Assembly: GCA_041667185.1 (NCBI GenBank)
Contig: JBAYFM010000010.1
Location: 1 to 58,336, forward strand
Reading direction: 5' to 3'
Length of the DNA: 58,336 nt
Source of the DNA: Patescibacteria group bacterium
GTDB lineage: Bacteria > Patescibacteriota > Patescibacteriia > SG8-24
The translations under genes and the position numbers were made by a program. A model generated the notes under the pieces. The model did no database searches. It had not been told where the DNA came from and worked only from the letters and a program-made list of their open reading frames with translations. Positions 53,261 to 58,336 of the stretch are shown here, piece by piece (positions within the stretch are counted from its first letter, which is position 1; every line of letters begins with the position of its first letter).

Positions 53261-53289
53261 AACGTAACCCACTCGCTTTAAGCTGTCAA
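53261..53289 (-). promoter_or_regulatory. promoter of the PLP decarboxylase gene
   Basis: Minus strand reads TTGACA gcttaaagcgagtgggt TACGTT (17-nt spacer). Confidence 0.5.
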
Positions 53290-53486
53290 TTAAGATGATT
53301 TCCCGCGCTTTTCATCTTCCGCCGCGCCTTGATGATCAATAATGCAGCCATTTTCAATGGTCCGGCGCGCGGCCCCGCTGACCGATGAATCGGGAGCTAA
53401 AACAAGCCTGATTATTCGGATGACGCGGCAAGGAGCCGGCAGACCGCCGCCGACCGGATCGCTGTAATTGAAGCCTTTTAAAAGAT

Positions 53487-53512
53487 AATAAAACCCCCTC
53501 GGACCGAGGGGG
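53487..53512 (-). terminator. intrinsic terminator after the HdcA-like gene
   Basis: Minus strand reads CCCCCTCGG t CCGAGGGGG TTTTATTATCTTTT. The G/C run is part of the stem. Confidence 0.75.
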
Positions 53513-53542
53513 GGGGTAAGGTCGGGATGCGGATCAGTCGCA

Positions 53543-54358
53543 TCACCCGCATTCGGAGAGCCAATCGTCGAGCGTCATCTGCCGCAGGCGTCTGAGGCCG
53601 TCGCGCGGCCAGGCGTTTCCGGCCAACCGCAGATACGGCGCGGCCACGAGAGCGCAGCCGACCTCGCCGGCAGCGACATCGATATCGGCGCAGGCCACGT
53701 AAATGCTGGCGCAGCGCAAACCTTGGTTCGCGGCGACCGCAAGCACGCTCGCGGCCATCGAACCAGTGATCTGACCGCGCTGGGCGGCGAGATCGCCGCC
53801 GCAGGCGAAAGAGCCGACATCCTCCATGAAGATGCAGGCCGACCAGGCCCGATCCTCGACGATGCCGAGGCCGAAAGCGGCGAAACACCGAGCCGGACCA
53901 GCGATGGTCGTAGACTTGTAGGCCGCGGGGCACAGGGAGCCGGGCAGGATCCGGAATCTCGAATCCGTGGCCGTACCGAGCAGGGCTTTCGAAGCCTCGA
54001 TGAGCGGCGCGGCGTCGTAGACCGGCACCAGATGCCCGGAAGCGTCAGGCTGGTCCAGAAGCTTGCGATCGAGATCGGCAACACGGGCCAGATCGTAGCC
54101 CCAGATGAGGCCGCCCGGACCACAAAAGGACGAGACCTGGATGAGGTTGGTCTGACCAAGATAGGCCGCAGCTGTCTCCGCCATGTCAAAAGCGTGAATG
54201 CCGTCGAGCAGCTTCGAACCGTCGTGGCCGAAACGCTGCGGCACCTTGGCGGCGGCAGCGTTCACCGCGACAATGTAGCGGCTGGGATCAAGCGCGCCTT
54301 CGCAGAAATCCGCGAGCGAGCTCTTGAGATCGGCAGTATGCGCTCTGATGCTTCTCAT
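53543..54358 (-). CDS. pyruvoyl-dependent decarboxylase proenzyme, histidine decarboxylase (HdcA) family-like
   Basis: AAYLGQTNLIQVSSFCGPGGLIWGYDL closely parallels the Lactobacillus 30a HdcA self-cleavage region AYIGQINMTTASSFTGVQGRVIGYDIL as I recall it. IFMEDVG parallels MFVEDAG. The putative Ser-Ser cleavage codons are 54133-54128. The ATG at 54358 is preceded by GGAGG. Confidence 0.65.
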   Translation of the reverse strand: MRSIRAHTADLKSSLADFCEGALDPSRYIVAVNAAAAKVPQRFGHDGSKLLDGIHAFDMAETAAAYLGQTNLIQVSSFCGPGGLIWGYDLARVADLDRKLLDQPDASGHLVPVYDAAPLIEASKALLGTATDSRFRILPGSLCPAAYKSTTIAGPARCFAAFGLGIVEDRAWSACIFMEDVGSFACGGDLAAQRGQITGSMAASVLAVAANQGLRCASIYVACADIDVAAGEVGCALVAAPYLRLAGNAWPRDGLRRLRQMTLDDWLSECG

Positions 54359-54456
54359 GGTGACCTCCGTCTTGTGAAAGATCGCCCACAACAAAAACGC
54401 GGGGTGTCATAATTTATCCCGCGTCCGGACTACTGTCAATCAATATTTTTCAGATC

Positions 54457-56214
54457 CTACATCTCGCGCGGCGCCTTGATGCCCAGGATCCGCAAACCAT
54501 TCTCGATCGTCAGACACGCGGCCTCGATGACGAGCAGGCGATGCTCGCGCTCGGCCGCGGACGCAGCCGCGATCACCGGCACGTCGCGGTAGTAATCATT
54601 GGCCGCCTGGGCCAGGTCGAACAAGTATTGCGCGAGGATGGACGGTTTGAAAGCCGCGGCAGCGCCAGCGACGATCTCCGGATACTCGGCGATCCGCGCA
54701 ACGAGTGCGTTCTCATTCTCCTCAGCGGCGCCAAACTTCGTCGCGGCCGGCACGCCCCCTTTGTCCCCCGCAGCTTTAGCGTAGGGGGAAGCCTTGGCGA
54801 TGATCGACGAGAGCCGGGCGTGCGCGTACTGGATGTACGGCCCAGTGAAACCATCGAACGCGAGCGCAGCCTCGATGTCGAAAACGATCGGCTTGTCCGG
54901 ATCCTGTTTCAACATGCCGAATTTCATCGCCCCTTCGGCCACGAGCCAAGCCGTCTCTTTGATCCTGCTTTCAGACCAGTCCGGCTGTTTCTGGCGCGTC
55001 TCCCCAGCGACCCGACTCGCGAGTTCATCGCGAAAATCTTCGTAAGCAATGATGTTGCCTTTGCGCGACGACATCGCCCCCTCTTTCAGGGTCACGAACT
55101 CATACGCCAGATGCGTGGTCTTCAATTTATCGAAACCCATGAGTTCCAAGGTCTTGAAGAACTGTTTGAAATACAAGGATTGCCGCGAATCCACGACATG
55201 GATGCTGCGGCTGACGTTCTGATATTCGCTGAACTTCAACTGGGCAAGCGCCAATTCCTTGGTCGCATACAGCGAACTGCCGTCACCTTTGAGCGCCAGA
55301 AAAATGCCGAGGCTGTACTTCTCCAGATTCACGATGATCGCTTCCCGTTCGCCGATTTCGGCCAGTCCCTTCGCCAGAAGTTCCCGTACTAATTTCTTGC
55401 CCGGCTCCTCGACTTCGGATTCGTAGTAGGCGCGTTCGATCTCGACGCCGAGCTCGGCGAAGATCTCCTTGAACTCGACCAAGCTCCACTCCCGCGTCTC
55501 GCGCCACAGCGCGTCCCACTCGGGTTCGCGGGCTTCGAGCCGCCGCTGCACGTCGGCGATCTCCTCTTTCAGCTTCTCGTCCTCGTCAACGCGGCGCGTC
55601 GCCTCGGCATAGATCTGTCCGAGGAACTTGCCGCGATTGAGTTCCGGCGACTGCCGGTATTTTTCCATCTCGTCGGCATGGAATTTCTTCAGGCACCACA
55701 GACACTTCGCCACGTGCGAGCCGATGTCACCCATGTAACTAACGGGGATGACCTCCTGGCCGGCGGCGCGGCCCAGATTCACGACCGCGATGCCGAGACA
55801 GATGTTGCGCAGATGACCGACGTGGAATTCCTTGTGCGTGTTCGGCTGGGCGTACTCGATCATCACGCGTTCGCCGGTCGCGGCGCGCGTGCCGTATCCG
55901 TCCCGGGCCGAGAGCACCTCGCCGATGACCGCGGCGGAATACGCCGACCGGTCCAGATCGAAATTCAGGTACGGACCAAGGGCGCGGACCGCGGCGATGA
56001 AACCGCCGGTCTTGTAGCCGGAGGCCAGCTCCTGCGCCACGGCAGCCGGATTTTTCTTCAGGAGTTTGGAGGCGCCGAAACAACCGAACGCCAAGTCCCC
56101 CATCTCGGGCTTCGGCGGCCGGACCAGGTCGGTCGCGGACACAGCCAAATCAGGCGGTAATAAACCGCTCAACTGAGCGAGAATCTCTTTTTTGATCGTC
56201 TCGAGAGTAGTCAT
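54457..56214 (-). CDS. argS: arginine--tRNA ligase
   Basis: Class I HIGH variant (NTHKEFHVGHLRN) and KMSK variant (AMSSRKGN). The N-terminal Arg-tRNA-synthetase add-on domain and a DALR-type C-terminus are present. Confidence 0.92.
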   Translation of the reverse strand: MTTLETIKKEILAQLSGLLPPDLAVSATDLVRPPKPEMGDLAFGCFGASKLLKKNPAAVAQELASGYKTGGFIAAVRALGPYLNFDLDRSAYSAAVIGEVLSARDGYGTRAATGERVMIEYAQPNTHKEFHVGHLRNICLGIAVVNLGRAAGQEVIPVSYMGDIGSHVAKCLWCLKKFHADEMEKYRQSPELNRGKFLGQIYAEATRRVDEDEKLKEEIADVQRRLEAREPEWDALWRETREWSLVEFKEIFAELGVEIERAYYESEVEEPGKKLVRELLAKGLAEIGEREAIIVNLEKYSLGIFLALKGDGSSLYATKELALAQLKFSEYQNVSRSIHVVDSRQSLYFKQFFKTLELMGFDKLKTTHLAYEFVTLKEGAMSSRKGNIIAYEDFRDELASRVAGETRQKQPDWSESRIKETAWLVAEGAMKFGMLKQDPDKPIVFDIEAALAFDGFTGPYIQYAHARLSSIIAKASPYAKAAGDKGGVPAATKFGAAEENENALVARIAEYPEIVAGAAAAFKPSILAQYLFDLAQAANDYYRDVPVIAAASAAEREHRLLVIEAACLTIENGLRILGIKAPREM

Positions 56215-56215
56215 C

Positions 56216-57451
56216 TCAGATCTTCGGCCAAAGATTTTTCAGCACCAGTTTCACGAAATGACGTTTGCCTTTCTGGATGATGATCGCTTCCTTCTGGACG
56301 GCGATTTCAGAGTTCACATCCTTTACGACCTTGTCATCGACTTTGACGCCGCCCTGCTCGATGGCCCGACGAGCTTCGCTCTTCGATGCGACCATCATCG
56401 CCTCGATCAGCAGATCAACGAGTTTGTAAGCGCCCGCATCAACAGCCAGAACTTTGATATCATCCGGCACTTCCTTGTTCTTGAAGGTCTTGATGAAAGC
56501 CTCCTCCGCGGCCTCCGCGGCGTCAGCCGAGTGGTAGAAAGCGATGATCTCTTTGGCGAGCCGCGCCTTGGCGTCGCGCGGATTCATCTTCCCGGCGGCG
56601 CAAGCTTTTTTCATTTCAGCGACCTCTTCGAGCGGCACGTCGGTAGTCAGATTGAAATAATCCCACAGCGCGGCGTCGGGAATGGACATGGTCTTGCCGA
56701 ACATCTGTTCGGGAGTCTCGGAAACGCCGATATAATTGCCGAGCGACTTGGACATCTTGTTCGTCCCGTCGATCCCGACGAGGATCGGGCCCAGGAACAT
56801 GGCGTCCTGTTCCGGCTTGCCGAGCTTGCGCTGCAGATCGCGGCCGGCGAGGATGTTGAACCGCTGATCGGTGCCGCCGATCTCGACATCAGCCTCGACC
56901 ATGATGGAGTCGTAGGCCTGCATCATCGGATACAAAAGTTCGTGCAGATGGATGTCCGAACCAGCGGCCAGGCGTTTGGCGAAATCGTCGCGTTCGATCA
57001 TACGGGCGACGGTGAACTTAGCCGCGAGCTGGATGATGTCGTTGAAATTCAGTTTGGCGAACCACTCGCCATTGCGGCGCACTTCGACCTTGTCGAGATC
57101 GAGGATCTTGGCGGCCTGGTCGAGATAGGTCTTGGCGTTGGCTTCGATGTCAGCCTCGGAAAGCATCGGCCGGGTCTTGGACTTGCCGGTCGGATCGCCG
57201 ACGCGGGTGGTGTAGTCGCCGATGATGAGCACGACCTGGTGGCCCAGTTCCTGGAATTCCCGCAGTTTCTTGAGAGCCACAGCGTGCCCGAGGTGCAGGT
57301 CCGGAGCCGTCGGATCGACGCCTAGCTTGACGCGCAACTGGCGGCCGGAAGCGAGCTTCTGGCGCAGACTGGCCTCCACGACGACTTCGGCGACGCGGCG
57401 GCGCAATAAGGATTCGATCCTGGCTTTATCGGTGATGATTTTAGCGACCAT
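56216..57451 (-). CDS. tyrS: tyrosine--tRNA ligase
   Basis: GVDPTAPDLHLGHAVAL (HIGH), KMSKSLGN (KMSKS) and a C-terminal S4 domain (SKSEARRAIEQGGVKVD). I trimmed the start to the ATG at 57451; the longer track ORF runs into the repeat array. Confidence 0.92.
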   Translation of the reverse strand: MVAKIITDKARIESLLRRRVAEVVVEASLRQKLASGRQLRVKLGVDPTAPDLHLGHAVALKKLREFQELGHQVVLIIGDYTTRVGDPTGKSKTRPMLSEADIEANAKTYLDQAAKILDLDKVEVRRNGEWFAKLNFNDIIQLAAKFTVARMIERDDFAKRLAAGSDIHLHELLYPMMQAYDSIMVEADVEIGGTDQRFNILAGRDLQRKLGKPEQDAMFLGPILVGIDGTNKMSKSLGNYIGVSETPEQMFGKTMSIPDAALWDYFNLTTDVPLEEVAEMKKACAAGKMNPRDAKARLAKEIIAFYHSADAAEAAEEAFIKTFKNKEVPDDIKVLAVDAGAYKLVDLLIEAMMVASKSEARRAIEQGGVKVDDKVVKDVNSEIAVQKEAIIIQKGKRHFVKLVLKNLWPKI

Positions 57452-57459
57452 ATGCGGGA

Positions 57460-57488
57460 AGCTTAGCGGAAAAACATATTTATTGAAA
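57460..57488 (-). promoter_or_regulatory. candidate tyrS promoter, so close to the ATG that the mRNA would be (nearly) leaderless
   Basis: Minus strand reads TTTCAA taaatatgtttttccgc TAAGCT tcccgcat ATG (17-nt spacer, 8 nt between the -10 and the ATG). Confidence 0.35.
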
Positions 57489-57490
57489 GA

Positions 57491-57630
57491 TGCGGAGTCG
57501 GAGGAGAGGAAGTCATGGAGTTGCGGGGTGCGGAAGCCGGATCCGCTCCCTGACTCCGTCACTCCCACACTCCCTCACTCCTGCACTCTCAAACTACCCG
57601 ACTCCGTCTCTCCCCAACTCCGTCTCTCCG
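57491..57630. repeat. octamer-phased array, locus 9 (GGAG arm then CTCC arm)
   Basis: tgcggagtcggaggagaggaagtcatggagttgcggggtgcggaagccggatccgctccctgactccgtcactcccacactccctcactcctgcactctcaaactacccgactccgtctctccccaactccgtctctccg. Confidence 0.85.
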
Positions 57631-57653
57631 TTTCTTCCTGGTGCCTAAACTCC

Positions 57654-57679
57654 AAAGAAAAAGAGCGGCTGAGCCGCTC
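57654..57679 (-). terminator. intrinsic terminator after gene 57706..58071
   Basis: Minus strand reads GAGCGGC tca GCCGCTC TTTTTCTTT. Confidence 0.8.
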
Positions 57680-57705
57680 AAAAGATTCCGTAGGCGAATG
57701 GCCGC

Positions 57706-58071
57706 CTAGGGCAGCTGGTAGCCCAACAAGGCGAGCCTTAGCCGGATCATGCTGGCGAATTCCGGAACGAACGCGTACACGCAGCAGAGCTGGTCGACGG
57801 ACGGATTCTTGAACAGGAGCAGCGACGCGGCTTCGAAACGGAAACGTGCGTGGCACATGACGACCTGGCACAAGATGTCTGTCGGCAGCCGCTCCGAATG
57901 ACGCAGCAATTTCGCCCAGGCCAGGTCGCTCAATTCCGGAAAAGACAGGATGTCCACGAGTTGCAGGGTGCCGATCTCCATGTTGGAACTGCTCAAGATC
58001 GGAATCATCCGTTTGATGAAGCTCTCGCGATTGAAACCCGGCGCGTCGATATCATTGCGGTTGTCCGGCAT
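57706..58071 (-). CDS. hypothetical protein
   Basis: I trimmed the start to the ATG at 58071 (MPDNRNDIDAPGF...), which is preceded by GGAGGAAAAC. I recognise no motif. Confidence 0.6.
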   Translation of the reverse strand: MPDNRNDIDAPGFNRESFIKRMIPILSSSNMEIGTLQLVDILSFPELSDLAWAKLLRHSERLPTDILCQVVMCHARFRFEAASLLLFKNPSVDQLCCVYAFVPEFASMIRLRLALLGYQLP

Positions 58072-58118
58072 GTTTTCCTCCAAACGCTGGCTATGTCGCC
58101 AAAAGAACGGTCGCCGAC

Positions 58119-58146
58119 ACCTTAGCAGGATTTTTTCAGCCGTCAA
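58119..58146 (-). promoter_or_regulatory. promoter of gene 57706..58071
   Basis: Minus strand reads TTGACG gctgaaaaaatcctgc TAAGGT (16-nt spacer). Confidence 0.45.
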
Positions 58147-58170
58147 TAACCGATTGGCGATGGCGGTATT

Positions 58171-58336
58171 CCAGAGTCAGGGAGAGACGGAGTTACGAAG
58201 AGACGGAGTCACGTCGTTCGCGAACGACGTGACGGAGTCAGGGAGTGATGAAGCACTCCAGCACTCCAGCACTCCAGCACTCCAGCACTCCAGCACTCCA
58301 GCACTCCAGCACTCCAGCACTCCAGCACTCCAGCAC
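58171..58336. repeat. octamer-phased array, locus 10, ending in at least 10 tandem GCACTCCA units that run off the window
   Basis: ccagagtcagggagagacggagttacgaagagacggag TCACGTCGTTCGCGAACGACGTGA (58209-58232) cggagtcagggagtgatgaa, then (gcactcca) x10.5 at 58253-58336. Confidence 0.95.

Noticed and set aside
53290-53486. ~190-nt non-coding gap between the HdcA-like terminator and the decarboxylase promoter as a riboswitch
   Set aside because: The best promoter (53261-53289) lies downstream of the gap and leaves only a ~50-nt leader. I recognised no riboswitch core motif (lysine, guanidine, SAM, glycine).
58253-58336. Possible CRISPR array at the window end, and similar tandem tracts at other loci
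   Set aside because: The repeat unit is only 8 bp and there are no spacers. No cas genes are present. The same units form palindromic arrays elsewhere.

Overview
58.3-kb, roughly 60% GC, gene-dense chromosomal segment. 46 of the 47 genes I call (CDS plus tRNA) are on the minus strand. Standard genetic code: TGA is used as a stop and an RF2 gene with the classical +1 frameshift is present. Gene content suggests a CPR/Patescibacteria-like or similarly reduced bacterium: short YidC, PrgI/VirB4 cluster, ComFC, DUF4870-type protein, giant secreted proteins, housekeeping genes in unusual neighbourhoods. That assignment is inference only.

Main blocks:
1. 949-5904: a 1651-aa secreted protein with tandem Ig-like repeats, next to tRNA-Ser, which is surrounded by copies of its own ends.
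2. 6914-27142: a ~20-kb co-directional operon. It runs from a near-consensus promoter through a 226-aa Asp-repeat protein, a 3212-aa Cys-rich giant protein, a VirB6/PrgH-like polytopic protein, two unknowns, a PrgI/VirB3-like protein, a VirB4-N-domain-like protein, VirB4 and a bitopic NTF2-like protein, to ComFC. I recognise no relaxase, coupling protein or integrase anywhere in the window. This is my main candidate for a poorly understood system.
3. 27160-47861: housekeeping genes, namely rsmA, MFS transporter, tsaC, epimerase, prfB, groES/groEL with CIRCE, O-antigen-ligase-like, deaminase, yidC, nusA, two methyltransferases, yraN, tRNA-Val, tRNA-Leu, lipid kinase and bactofilin.
4. 47995-51303: two tandem orphan histidine kinases. 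An AT-rich patch from ~50400 to ~52060 also contains the only plus-strand gene (51355-51933).
5. 52063-54358: a PLP-dependent decarboxylase next to a pyruvoyl-type (HdcA-like) decarboxylase.
6. 54457-57451: argS and tyrS.

The most unusual non-coding signal is a family of at least 10 intergenic arrays built from 8-nt-phased GGAGTGC/GCACTCC-type units. They are often long palindromes and carry a variable (GCACTCCA)n tract. Six of them sit between an intrinsic terminator and the next sigma70-like promoter. The window ends inside one of them.

All functional calls rest on motifs I recognise by eye. No database search was run.
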